Shown: one piece after another, positions 13,433 to 26,845 of the stretch
Layout: each line of letters begins with the position of its first letter
Position numbering within the stretch: the first letter of the stretch is position 1
Assembly: GCA_015680685.1 (NCBI GenBank)
Contig: MNCI01003167.1
Span: 2,498-64,543, forward strand
Origin: Gnetum montanum
Taxonomy: Eukaryota > Plantae > Gnetophyta
DNA: 62,046 bases
Reading direction: 5' to 3'
Notes under the pieces: generated by a model
Database searches by the model: none
Told to the model about the DNA's origin: nothing
Seen by the model: only the letters and a program-made list of their open reading frames with translations
Translations under genes and position numbers: made by a program

Positions 13433-15431
13433 AAACCATGACCCAAGGGTCATTCAGGACCATGGGCCAACTACAACATGAACCTAGAAGCCACAACACA
13501 TGGAAATCTATTCATCATCAATAGATGTACCATATGCCTATAATGTATGTTAGAAGATACCTTTCCATTGATTTCATAAACAAAGGATTAGGCATCTATA
13601 TCTTAGCAACCAAAAAAATTATTTCATGGATATCATTAACTAACCAAGATTTGATCACACCTCATCAAGATTCATCAATTATAAGAGATGTTGGTAAGAC
13701 AATGATACACTAGTCCAAGTAACTCTTACCCATCTTAATACTATAAATAGTAATTGATTAAGATCATTGTTAAGTTTCTCCTAAAACGTTAGTAACCATG
13801 ACTTGAATTGATTTTTGGTTTTGTTGAAATTCACTATTCAAGTAATCTAGAAGATTTCAAGTTACCATAGGCCAGCCTAGAAATGTAAATTCAATAAAAT
13901 AGGCTACTTTGGTCCTTTTAATTTCTAAAAAATTAACTTTAATTTTTAAACCTAAAAGCATGTCCAATACATAGTTCTTTTCGACATAATTTCAATAGAA
14001 CAAGTTTTCTTTCAATAGAACTTATGGTTTGAGAGATATTGGTATTTAAAGTTTTTTGTTATACATGTATTCAAATATATATATGTGTGTATATTATTAT
14101 TTAAATAAAAAAATTAAGTAGGAGCATGTATGTTCAAACCTCAACCCCCTCACTTTTTAAAAATAAATAAAAAAATAAAAAAATAAAAAAAAATTTACAG
14201 ATCATGCAGCCTTGGAAGGACCGCAATGGCCCTATAGGGGTTGCGCTAGCCCTACAAGTGCCATGTAGGGCTGTGCTATGCTCAGCAAAAAAAAACCCCA
14301 CCTTTGCCTCTAGCTAACCACACCATTATTTTCACAACTACTACCACCTCTAGGGTTGCTAATCCATAGCTATTTCCACTTGTGCTTGCACCTATGGCAT
14401 GCTCTTTTACTAATCCACAACCAGTGCCACCTACACGTACCACCACTCTCCTATCATGCTATTTCCTACTATAGAACTATCCTACAACTACCATTCCTAA
14501 AACCTGCACCATTTCCCTACCTACCATTTTCATCACAAAATCCTCATCATATTCTTTTCATAGCCATCATTGACTACGTCATTGTTACCCATCGATGTTG
14601 TAGATCACTGCCTCCCATATCATCAAAAATTACCTTCCACACTACCACAAGCCACCTTTTGTGCCATTGAAAACTACCTCTCATGCCACCATAAACAACC
14701 TAATGTGCTACCAAAAACTACCTTTTCCATCGTCATAAGTTACCTCCCTCAGCACTAGAAATTGCCTCCTACACCGTAGATAATGACCTCATTTTGGGGC
14801 TATGCTAGACTTGTTTGGGGCCATGCAAACCATGTGGAGGGATGTGTGCACCCCAAGGAGGACCACACAAGCCATAGAGAGGTTGCATAGTCCTCAAGAA
14901 CGGTTGCACGAGCTCAAAAAAGTGCCATGTAGGCCCAAAAAAAGGGCAACGTAGGCCCTAGAAAAGGGTCATGGGAGCCTAATAATGTGCCATGCAAGCC
15001 TAATAATAGGCTGTGTAGGAACTAAATAATTATACACAATCCTAAGTATGGGGCATTAAAGCCCTAAAATGGGGCTGCATAGGCCTAGGGCACACCACCC
15101 AACATAATCCCTTTTTCACCAATTTCACCATCGTCACCATTGATGCACACCTTCATTTTCCACATTGCTTGTCTTATCTATGTTCTTTGCCCTGCTACCA
15201 TCCACTACTTAGAAATGTGGTAGCCACCAAGGCCACTACTAGCATGCCACTATGGCCATTGTTTCCATTGACACAAAAATGGCAAATTTTGCATCACCTA
15301 ATGAAAAAATTGAAATTTTCATTAATTGATGGAAAATTTAAAATTCTATCATCAAATGTTTAATTTAAATTAAAATTGTGCAAAAATGGTTTTCAAAATT
15401 TGAATTTCACACATCTGTAACAATAGAGACA

Positions 15432-15510
15432 AAAATTCCACAATTAAGCATGCTCACCCTACAGTAGAACTAGAATGGGTGACCTTTCGGGAAGTCTCAT
15501 GTTTCATGCC
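15432..15510 (+). pseudogene. 5S rRNA-derived segment (3' two-thirds, boxes A-IE-C, Pol III type 1 internal promoter)
   Basis: AAAATTCCACAATTAAGCATGCT...AGTAGAACTAGAATGGGTGACCTTTCGGGAAGTCTCATGTT is collinear with plant 5S AGAACTCCGCAGTTAAGCGTGCT...AGTAGTACTAGGATGGGTGACCTCCTGGGAAGTCCTCGTGTT. Confidence 0.85.
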
Positions 15511-16294
15511 AAAGGTGCTAGACACTAGAAACCATAACTTTTGATTTTGGAAGCATTTTTTGGCAAATTAAGAGTCATTTCCTATAGTTTTTGACCTTTT
15601 GGACACAATGGTAAAGTCATATCCATCCCAGGAAATGTGAAAAATTAGATTTTACTCCTTGCCTAATATAGTGCCTCAACATCCTTAAAAGTTTAATTTT
15701 TACATAACTCAAGCATATAATATTCATCTTCAACATATGAATAGTAATTTTCAACATTTTCCACCATTTTAAACTCAATGGTGAGGTTATATTTATTGAC
15801 TAAGCACCCAATAATTTGATGATATTATAAATTTAACCTTTTAGGCTTTAAGATTTAGTGCATAACCCTTATAGATAGTCGTAAGATCACTATGGCATGT
15901 CAGTAATTACACTACAGAAGTCAATGTTCTTAAGAGGGGTAGAAAAGGTCATTAAGAATTATATAATATACTTACATATTACTAAAATTATTTGATGTTA
16001 TTCAATATTATTGAAATTTGATAATGTAGTTAAATTAGTTGGAGAATTAGTTGTTGTATCAATATTAGTTGATTATTATTTAATGAATTAGTCAATGTAT
16101 TAGTTTAAGATCAGTTGATGTATTAGTTTGAGAATTAGTTGAGGAAACATAACAATCTTCAACCATCAAGAAAAGGGTATGTTAATCAATCCTACAATCA
16201 AAAAATAGGGCAAAACAACATGGAGACTCCAAATCTCATTTCGAGAAGAAGTATGATACTCATGAATAGAAATGATACAAACAAGAATCCAAGA

Positions 16295-17368
16295 ATGAAA
16301 ATAAAAGTTGCAACATACAAAATGCTAGTAGGATCCCTAGTGAGTGAGAAAAAATATCCGCTATGTCCATCATGGGCCTTAGATTAGCATGAATATTAAT
16401 ATCCACACATTTTAGCAAAATTACAAGATTTTGATGTTGATGTCTTATGCTTACAAGAAGTCTTGCCATGATAATTTCTATACCAATTCCAAACAAACAT
16501 GGAAAATATGGGATGTAGAGGTATTTACAAGCAAAAAGGTTCCTATGAGAGTTCTTCTTTTAAGCCATATAGATTAGCATGTTGTAGAAATCACAATATG
16601 GATGATTGTGCAATCTTTTGTAAAGAAGCGAAGTATAAATTGGTATAAATATTTGAATGAATTTTAGAAAATATGATTTTTGAAATTCCAAAACTTTAAG
16701 CAATGAAAAGAAAAGATTAGTCAAGATTTTGGAAAAATCACATAGCCTTGGCATTTATTTTAAAAATTTAGTTATTAAGAAGTGTATGCATATTTTGTTT
16801 CCCAACCAATATGTTTAGATGTTGGACTATGTCAAGGAGCATATTTGATTAAGAAAATACAAGAAAGTTTCACAAATAAGTTATTACTAAGTTATACTAA
16901 TTTAGCTCCATTTATTCTTTGTGGAGACTTCAATGAAAAATTTGGAAGTAGTGTTTATCAATTCTTAAAATATGGATCTATAAAGAAATCTTTGCAAGAT
17001 GAACCTGACTTGAAGAATATTTTTTCATCAACTTAGCATTTAATTCCATTAACTAGTGCATATTTTGCTTACTTTGAATTTTTAGTAGATAAATTAGACT
17101 CTATAATTCAAGAACAAATGATGTTGATGGATAACACTCATCAAGAACCACAATTTACCGATTACTCTATTATGATTAATAAGGATGGATCAACAACATT
17201 CTTCATTGAGACTTCGGATTATATTTGGTACAATGTTTAATTCTTTGAAGTTACCAAGTTACTAGAGTTGATTTCTAAAAATGAATTTTAGAAGAATCAA
17301 GATCATGACCATCCCAAGCAAGACCATCTGATCACCTACCACTTATGATAGAATTACAATTACTCTGA
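16295..17368 (+). pseudogene. CCR4: Intronless CCR4-family (EEP) deadenylase nuclease domain, decayed
   Basis: Motifs in correct order: KVATYKML...YPLCPSWAL; DFDVDVLCLQEV; GIYKQK; DDCAIF; DVGLCQ; PFILCGDFN; IPLTSAY; EPQFTDY; FIETSDYIWY; PSDHLPLMIEL-stop. Several stops and frameshifts. Confidence 0.9.
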
Positions 17369-17831
17369 TCAATTCATAAGGTTGATTAAGATCAAGAAGT
17401 ATCTCACTCTTACTTTTATTTGATGATCTTATTATTTTATTCATTGTTTATTTTATATTTCAATTAAATAAGTAAAATATCTATGATAATAGAAATTGGG
17501 GATAAATAATTTTCCCTACCTTTACTTAGGTAACTAGATCTAACTTGCACTTTGTGTGACCCTAGTTAGGACTGCTGATTAGTGGTTGATAAATCTTTAA
17601 TTCACCTTTTGTCATTATCTTAGAAAATGAAGTAAGTATCAAGAAATTAATATTTAATTTTACATATAATTTTACAATATCTTTTTTTGTAGAATAAGTA
17701 AGAAATAACATCAATTTTAAAGGAGAAATCAAATTATTAAAGCAAAATATCATGAAAGAAAGCATTGTAGATTTAAAAAGATAGATGACGTGGACTAATT
17801 CAAGAACAAATGAAATACAAGGTGGGTATAT

Positions 17832-18354
17832 TGTCACATTCCCATTCCCAAATGATATTTTTGTTGAATGAAGATGGTGTCTCTTCATAACAATTATTAT
17901 TATCATCTTAACAAGACCCAAAAGGGTAGTTGTGATAAGACTCAAAAGGGTGCATTGTAATAATGGACATGTCTTGTAAGGTAACCTTGGGGGTTTGATC
18001 TAATGGATTTATACATTGGGTTAGAGTGTTTACTAGCATGGAATGGTGAAACTAGTACAGGAAAGTCATAAGAAGTTAGGTGAGGTGGGACAGGAAGTGA
18101 ACTAGTCATCCCTCCTCACTGGGTTATAGGCCTAACTATGATGGCAATGTTGGATTGCCTCTAAGGGATAGATGCCAAAGGAAGAAAACCTCAATAAAAA
18201 CTCTTAGAGCATGATCCAAATACGTTATCCATATCAATAAAGCATTCTTTTCTTTATCTTTCTACATTTTTCCTATTATTTCCTTTATACATAATGTTGA
18301 ATATCACATATATTTTGCATTTGGTATATCTTCTAATATATCATATATTTGACA
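17832..18354 (+). repeat. 3' LTR of element L (right end eroded)
   Basis: Starts TGTCACATTCCC after AAGGTGGGTATAT; collinear with the 5' LTR to ~18335. Confidence 0.85.
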
Positions 18355-20631
18355 TTTGAGGATGGTATTTCATACTTGGAATATTTTAGTTTTCATTCTA
18401 GCAATCAAAATTTCTAGGTCCAACACTATTGAAATTGGAATATTGTATCAATACCTCATGACTATGCTAGCCAACATAGTTGAAGCTTGTCTTAGCATAG
18501 TTAGATCAAAACCTATGCTTTTCATGGTTGAAACAAGTCAAAATGCAATTAGCTTTAGGGTTTAATTTTTCTAGCTCTATCATCAATCCTTTTGATTATT
18601 TTGAGTGCTACTTTGATGATCAAGCACCTTGGAACATGGACTACACTAAGACTACATTGACCAACATAGTAATAAGCCTACCTCAACATGGTCACATGAA
18701 ATCTAATCTTTCCATGATCAAGACAAGGTAAAATCACAACTATGTAGTGTCAATTAGGGTTTTCAAATGTAAACACATCAATTTCATGAATTCTCAATCA
18801 TGACTATTTTGGGAGTACATTGTCTAACATAGTCATGGCCTTACTCAAGGTAGTCATGTGCAAAATCTAGCTTTTGGTGGATTTCTATGGCCAATTGACA
18901 TGTTTCTTAAGTTCTCAAGGTTATCGATTCTTCTAGCTAGGGTCCTAACTGAAGATGGATGATTTTAAAGGCCATTAAGGCTTTGAAATAATCATATCCT
19001 AATTTGACTATGTTGGCTAGCATAGTTTAGCCTAAACTTAGCATAGTCAGGATGGATCTAGTGTTTTCATCATCAAAAAAAAGTGAATTTGCAATTTGAT
19101 AAGGCTATACAAGGTCATGGATTTTCAAGTTAGGTTTTGGACTATTTTGATTGTCAAATCACCATTTGAATGAACCTTCAACCATGACTTGACTGAGACT
19201 TTGCTAGCTAGCATAGTTCAAGCTTAATCTATTATATTCATAATATGGAATTTAAATTTTGATATAATCCTATGATAGATTGACTATGTTTTCAAGTTCT
19301 AAGGCCACTGATGTCAAAAAATATGGTTTTAGGCATACAATTGTTAGTTTTGATAGTCAATTTGATGTCATAATGGTCAAACACCACTAGACTATGTTGG
19401 CCAGCATGGTCACAATGTGGATGTGGCATGTATGATGAGTATTGACTATTTCTAACTAAGATTGTAGGGTTTATAGATCTTTGAAGTCTGTGGTAGTGTG
19501 TTGGGGCTAGCCTAGTGTTTTTAGAAGGAAATTTAACAAGTTGGAATCCTAGTTTGGTGTTTTGGAAGTGTGACTATGTTGGGACTACATTAGCTAGTGT
19601 AGTCATAAGCTTCCTCAAAATAGCCACATAATGAAAATGGAATTTGGCTTCTTTCTACTTTGCAGTTTATCAATGCATGATTACCTAAGGTCCTAGAGTG
19701 AAGTTAATGTCAAAATGTGTCAATTTGAAAACCATTTTAGATCTTTAATGTTTATTTATTTTCCAACTACTAGTTACTACACTAGCTAATGTAGTTGAGA
19801 CTTGGCTTTAGCATATGCATGCAAAACAAAATTGAATTTTGATAAATTTTAACATGTTTCATGTAATTCTAGAGCTATCAGATCTCCTAGCTAGGGTTTG
19901 ATATATGAAGCTATCATTCTAGAGTTAACTGGCATCTTGGTTAATATTTGGAAACCTCTTCCTACTAGTGACTATGCTAGCTAGTGTAGTCAGGTTGCTT
20001 GTTAGCATAGTTGCCAAAATTAATAGGTTTTGGAATGCGTTGTTGCCTATGTCTTTGTTCATTTTCCATCAATGTTAACACTTGGTTTTCCATTGTGGGC
20101 ATAGGGGTTTATGGCATGGATGGACAATTGGAAGGTTGGTTTTAGAAATAATTATGATTTTGAAATTCACTTAAAGGCTTCTGGATAATTCAAACCTAGC
20201 ATAGTCACCCTAGGAAACTTGAAATCCAAGTGTATTAGGATTTCCATTAGCATTCTTCCTATGCATCTAGTGTGGCCTATCTTAAATTTAAATTTTTTGA
20301 TGCATCAGGTTCCCACTCACCCAGCATAGTCACACTTATGAATTTTGATCATTAAGTTCAATGACACTTGGAAGAGTGTTTTGAAAAACTAGGGTTTTCT
20401 AGGGAGGTGCATAAGTTTGGAAGTGTGTTTCAGAAAATAATTTTACACAAATCATTCTTTTATTACCACTCTCAAGTTCTAGTGCCTTAGATCAGAGCTT
20501 TTCACCTACTCTAGCACCTGCAACCCTCATCCTCAGTGTAGTTGAGCTTTTTCTACCTAAGAGGCTAGTGTAGTTACTTCAAAAGGCTCAAGAATTCCAA
20601 AACATCAAACTCTTTTACATTGGTTGCTACT

Positions 20632-23250
20632 ATGTTTAAGAGGAGAGCTACCATCAACAACAAGAATCCTACTTTAGAGGAGGCTAATGCTACTACCTAG
20701 ATCCTCTTTAATCTTTCATGCCCTATTATTATTAGGAGCTCTGACACCATGACTCCCAGGTACACAAGTTCTAACTCTTTTAAATGGAATTTTCCTTTGG
20801 AACCCAGGTGTTTTTGGTTGTAGTGTTGTGTGTGTTTGTTATTTTTTAATTCTTAAAAATATTGCTAATATCTAGGCTATTTCTATGGGTTTCTGGTATT
20901 TCTTGGATTGTTGGATTGGTGTTTGTTGAATGGAAAATTTATTTTTGTTGCTTTTGGGCACTTTGATGTGTTTTGGTTTAAAAAAGCAACATCAATTTTG
21001 GATTTTTTTTCTATTCAAATAGTTCATATTTTTTAGTTTTTATGACATAGGATTGTAGTATTATGTTTAATAATTGAGTATACCTTTGAACTATCTCATG
21101 CTAACTTAAAGTTAATTCATTATAAACTTTTCCATAAAGCAATGTATAGTGGGTTTTCAGTTTTGGCCATTTTTTACATGACAATTTCATGTTGTTTCAC
21201 TTCAAAAAAATCAAGAATTTTTTGGTTTTCTTGTTGTGGTTCGTATTTTATTGTTTAAGAATTTTGATGACTATAGATTCCTCAAATTTGGATGTATAGT
21301 TAAGTCTTGGTAACTTGTTTCCTAAGCTTGTGCAAAATGGGGATTTGCTATCATGGCCAAGTTTATATCAATTTGGCAATGTTTTTTGCAAAAACATATA
21401 AGAATGTTTATGGTTTCTAGTTTTAGGTGGTTAGCTTATGGTTTAACAATGACCATGAAATTAGTGAATTTGGTTATGTGGTTTATTTTTAATGAATTTT
21501 TTAGTCACCTACTCAAAGTGTAATCTTTTGGTTGCTATGTTTTACCCCTATGAAGAAGGGTAATGTTGGTACCCTAGAAAATTTTCCCATCTAATGTCCC
21601 ATTAGCTTGAGGCTACTATAAGGTGTTAGGAATGGTTTGGAAGTTGTTTTAGCCAACTTAATAGATTTTTACTTTTTTTTATGGATTGTCTAATCTGGCT
21701 ATTTTCCACAGTTTTGGTTTTGTTGTGAAGTTTACGATGGCATGTTGTTATGCTATTGGTTGGTGTTTTAAGTTTTTTTCTAATCTTGAAACCCCATCAT
21801 AGTAAGCCAGTTTTATTAAATTCTTATGCTCACATAATTTCTAGAATTAGAAAAAATTTTAGTTGTAATCTATCATTTTCATTTCGGTGTGAATTGTTCT
21901 ATACAGTTGCAATTTTGACCATGAAAATTGCAAACCTTGTTCTCTATACATGCCACATTGATGTTGATGTTGGTGTTGATTTATATGCTTAAAGGTTCAT
22001 GAAGTTGTTTATACATTATTTTTTAGTTGTAAATAGTCATTTTGAATTTTAGCAAATTTTAACTAGGCCTCCTAACATTTTTACTATGGCTAATTTCACC
22101 ATTAACTATGATGCTTAGTAAAATTGTGCAAACTTCAAGTTGGTTTTTGGATTGTTGTAGTTGGTACAAGATAGTTCTCATGCCTTTGATTTTTTACATA
22201 AGAAGCTTTTATACTTTTATGCATATCTTAGCATGAAAACTACCATCAGTCATTATTAGGCCACTTGGTTGTACATGGTATTTTAGGTGAAAGTATAAGT
22301 GTTGAAACTATGGTTTGGTTGTTTGGAATGGAATGGTAATGTTGACATTGATATTATAGATATTTTTGGCTATTTAAAGTTTTTTTGTATTTCTTTATTA
22401 CTGTTAATGATTGTAATGGTTATTATTGTGTGTGTAGGATCTTCCTAAAGACCATGCTACAGCTAATAGAGCTAGTGGGATTACTATGTTGCATCCATAC
22501 CTTGGGACCTAACACTCCACCTCCCATATAAGTTTGAAGTATGGCTCTTTATGGTTTAGGCCTAGGGCACGAGAGTTCTTTGCATTCCTACTATAGAACT
22601 TTAGCATGATGATATGGTCATACTTGTCAACCCACATAGCTATTGTTATTGTTGAGAGCTTATTACCTTAATTGTCTAGCTTAATCATCAAGTTTATAGA
22701 AGACAATCTTGAGACACATGTAGAGGGAAAGGTTGTTGATAGTACTCATAGAAGAAGAACTCGTAAGCTATCCAAGATTTTGGACATCCTGGAATTCAAC
22801 TTGTACAACACTAACCACAACTTACTACTTGGAAATTAGGCTCACATAATGTTCCAAAACCATCCTAATATTATTTACCATGTGGAAGGGTAAGCATGAT
22901 TTCAAGTTTTTATTTTTGTCTACTTTAGTTATTGGTTTTGCTAGGCTATTTGGTTTTATCACTTTCTTGCTTGGATTAGTGCACTTGCAGTATAGGGTGG
23001 ATGACAAGGGGTACATCAAGTAGGACGAGCTCCTACCCTTAGCCTAAAAAACATTTAAGGTTTTCACCAAGAGTGCCATGGTGAGGCTTGTGATGGTGGA
23101 ACAACTAAGAGGTGACCTAGGAAGATACATCACATAGTACTTCAAAGCCTACCAACATTGTGTAGCCAATGGCATAGCACATGGTTGGTGGAATAAATCA
23201 AATTTGGCCTGCATACCCATTGAAGGCTCCTTGTCACCCTCTAGTAATAA
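20632..23250 (+). pseudogene. Possible relic spliced gene, perhaps the antisense accessory gene of minus-strand element C
   Basis: Exon-like blocks separated by T-rich spacers, with donor CAG|GT (~20761/20807), acceptor TGTAG| (22437), donor GG|GTAAGC (22890) and acceptor TTGCAG| (22990). No intact ORF. Confidence 0.35.
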
Positions 23251-23632
23251 TGATAAGAGTTATTTTTTGTTTTTATTTTGGTTATTTATATCAACATTTT
23301 CATGGCTGCATGATTGTAGGCTACTTAGGCTTTGAATGTCTAAATGGTTTTATTAGCTAGATTTGGCTATAAATTTGGGTTTGATGTTATTATACTTGAT
23401 ATATTTTTGTCTTTACATTTTTATGTTTATGCTAAGTAGTCTTTTGTTGTATCTTATATGATGCCACCTCCTCCACCATCACACTTGTTATTTCAAGGTA
23501 CTTCAAGGAGACTTTTATCCTTAAGTATGAAAAGGTAAATTTGGCATAGTAGTGGTTGGCCAGTAGGATGCCCAAAAATGTCCAAGAAAACATTACTGAT
23601 TCAAGTATGATTGAACTATTCATGGTCCCTAG

Positions 23633-25488
23633 TGTAGCAACTAAAAACATCAATGGCTGGAAACACCGAGAGGTTGTTGGTCAGACAGTCTTAACCCTGG
23701 ATCCCTGCGAGGGTCATGCTAGATAAAATGCAAGCAGGGTGCCTTGAACGGTCTAGTTGATCAAATAGGGACTTAGTTAGTGTCACTAAATCTTATGTAA
23801 ATTTTTAATATGGAAGCGTGTAAAATAATAATTATTAAATGCAAGGAAGTGAAATCAATATAGAATGCAATGATAAGCAGGAAAATAAAGCGAAATAGAT
23901 TTAAGAAATGCACTGCTTCAAGATTATGGATTTACTTTGACAAGATGGATACAATCGGTTACACAACACTGGGAAGCACAGAGATCCCAAAAGTAACTAG
24001 GACGTTCAAAGCAAGCCAACTATGTGCTTCAATGTAGACTTAAGAGCCAATAATGCGAAATGCTACAAAGCCAACTTGTTAACTTTGTTAATAAATTGCT
24101 AACTATATTTGCCAACTATGGATTTTTTTTTGCCCACCCTTTGCTAAAATTTTCTAACCAACAATTTCTAAGGTTTACCAAACAAATTTTTCCAATTTTT
24201 GCCAACCAATTTCACAAAACCTAAAATTTTTGACAAACACTAGAATTGCCAATTTGGCAACCCTTTGAGCATTTCTTGTCAGGGTATTTATAGGGCTAGG
24301 ACGACGCAAGATGTGAGGACTAGATGACACATGTATTGGACCCAGAAGATGTTGACGTGTCCATACTACATGAACATGTAAAGTCGGTTGTGAACCTGTC
24401 ACACTGCAATTACGCTGTCGGAACTAAAGATGTTGGGATCATGTGTGCCAATGATACAAACAAGGAGTGAAGCATACTGATGTAGCACAACTTCCTACTA
24501 CACTATTCTACATTGTGGAGCATAGCATGTTGGCGAAGCATAGCTGCTTGCTATGTTGTGCTATGCTCAACTGCCTACTACATTGCGTTACGCTTTGGAG
24601 CATAGCATGTCGGCGCAGCGTAGCTACTTGCTACGTTGTGCTACACTATGTAGCATAGCAAAAAATTCAAAGAAGAAATTTATATTGGAGGTAATTGCAT
24701 GTGCTGGAAACCTTTGAAGTGTTTTGGTTGGTTCTACATGTTTACTATGCTATGCTACGCTACGTAGTGTAGCATAGCGTAGCAACTAGCTTTAACTGTG
24801 ATTTACGTTTGAGTTGTAAACGTTTGTTTGAAGATCATGCTAACAATCTGCAACCTTTGCTCTTTGTGACATGAATATTTTTAACTTGCTGATCCTACAT
24901 TTTGAGATGCCTTTTCTCATTCTTGCATCATCTCTATGCCATGCTATCCTATGCAACATAACATAGGGTAGCAGCCAACATAGCCTACTTTTTGCTTAAT
25001 CTGCCACTTTTCTAGTAAGGGGAACTTTGCTGAAGGAATTGAGGTTGAAAAAGAAAACTATTTTTGAAGGCCAGAATGCTTGCCGAGTGCAATTAGAATC
25101 ACTAGGTAAGTTGGGCCTTTCTATTTTGCCTTTCCTACACTATGCTACACTGCATAGTGTACCGTAGCATAGCACTTCATCTTGCAAAAGTTTGGTTGCC
25201 TGAGCAACTATCTTCTAAGGCTTGCTATGCTACATAGCGTAGCATAGTGTAGCAAACTTCTTGACTAGAAAACTTGCTGAACTGTTTTGTTAATCCTAAG
25301 CATTGTCGACAACCCTTAACATGCTTTCTAAGTGAATTGTCAACTAGTTAAATTTTCTAAATCGGAAAATCTAAACTCAGAGCATCCATTTGTTGCCAAA
25401 TGGTCATGAGGCTACACTTGTGGAAATGTTTGCCTCAGTTCTAGGACCCTAGTGAAGCAAGAATGCCTTGAAACTTTAGGGTGTTTCA
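23633..25488 (-). repeat. 3' LTR of element B
   Basis: Plus strand TGTAGCAAC...GGGTGTTTCA; homologous to 40957-42096; followed by CTGGCCCCTCTTTG (PPT on the minus strand, 25489-25502). Confidence 0.9.
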
Positions 25489-26845
25489 CTGGCCCCTCTT
25501 TGTCAATGTCTAGAGAATGGACTCGAGAGATGCCGACAAAGGATACGAAACACCACGAAAGGCAAAACGCTAATATCGCTCTTCAGTGATCAGCAATTTA
25601 TCACTTAGCTATGCTTGAGAGTGTTTGATTGGTTATGTAGGGAAAAGGGAATGCTTAAGCAGGGGGGAAGGAGGTTCAGAAAAATGGTAAAGATGAAACT
25701 TAGCAGAATCCCTTGTCAGAATGCTTGTGAGGGAGTTGTTTGCATGGTCATCTTTGCTTTTGCTGACCTTTGACCTCTTGTCAAAATGGTTAGAGAGGGT
25801 TACTATGAAAAAACCTATGTGCCATTTGTTTTAGATATGTTTTTTTTTTCTTTTTGTGAGGTTTTTCTCTTTTACACTTTTGCTTTTGCTATTTTTCCAT
25901 TTACATTTGCAAACAACCTTGTCGCATGATAGGCATTTCTTTCCCAGGATGAGTTGCCTATAGATGAGTCCCATGTAGCGAGTTGTGTTATGGAAATCAT
26001 GGACTTTGTAGTTGGGCATATCAGAGGGTATTACAGGCATCAAGAAAAGCTTGTAAAAGATATGAAAGAGTGGATTGCGAGTGTAAGGAATAAGGTAAAG
26101 GGGATTAAGGGGGAGGATAGGATATGCACTCCGAAGTAGCCAAGCTAATCAAGATGACCACCTTGTAACAATGTAGTGTCCTTCCACCATGGCACAATAC
26201 ACCTCTGACTGACGCCCCTCTGGTATGCACCGTATAAACAGAACAGAAAGCAAACCAAGAGAAACAACCATGACGCAAAACGAAGGCAAAGGTCTTGCTT
26301 GCTATGGATGCTATTGGAGATTTGGACATTGTTGCTGAGGCATGCGACGTCCAAACTAGGAAGGCCAACAACTGCCTTGGTAGCATTAGTGTGGAGGAGC
26401 TAGCATTGAGGAGGATAGGAGTTACCATTAATGAAGATGCTCAGAAATCCTTGCCCAATGCAAACATTATGTAATTTAGCTATGAGATGGGCTACCCAGT
26501 AGCTAAACATATTTTGGGCTCAGGCGATGATGGGGTCTAGAGGATAGCAACATTGTGATTGGGCCACAATACTGCTGGAACTCCAAAGGTAGGTGCTGAC
26601 CAGGGAAGCTACTACCAGGGCAATGAGCCATGGTGGTGGTAGCTCTGGAGAGTTAGCAAGATGTCATAAGACATCTCCAGAGGATCAACAAGATGCCAAG
26701 GGTAGTTGCATTGCATATGTTCCCAAGGTTGCTTTCTTATCATTGTGAACTACGTTTGGGAACTGTAATATCCCACCCCATGTTGGCAGTATGCATGCTT
26801 GCTTGTTTGATGATTATGGATGCATGTTGGGGATGTGCCGAAAAC

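Larger units (their letters stand above)
12849..18354 (+). mobile_element. Element L: non-autonomous LTR retrotransposon (LARD/large-TRIM-like) with 5S-like segment and CCR4 cargo
   Basis: Direct repeats 12849-13418 (TGTCACATCCC...GGGATGCCACA) and 17832-~18354; iMet-type PBS; PPT AAGGTGGG before the 3' LTR; no recognisable gag/pol. Confidence 0.88.

Noticed and set aside
15432-15510. Functional 5S rRNA gene
   Set aside because: It lacks the 5' third, has many substitutions and is not in a tandem array.
16295-17368. LINE endonuclease insertion
   Set aside because: No downstream RT or poly(A) tail, and the motifs (CPSWAL, PLTSAY, EPQFT) are CCR4-like.
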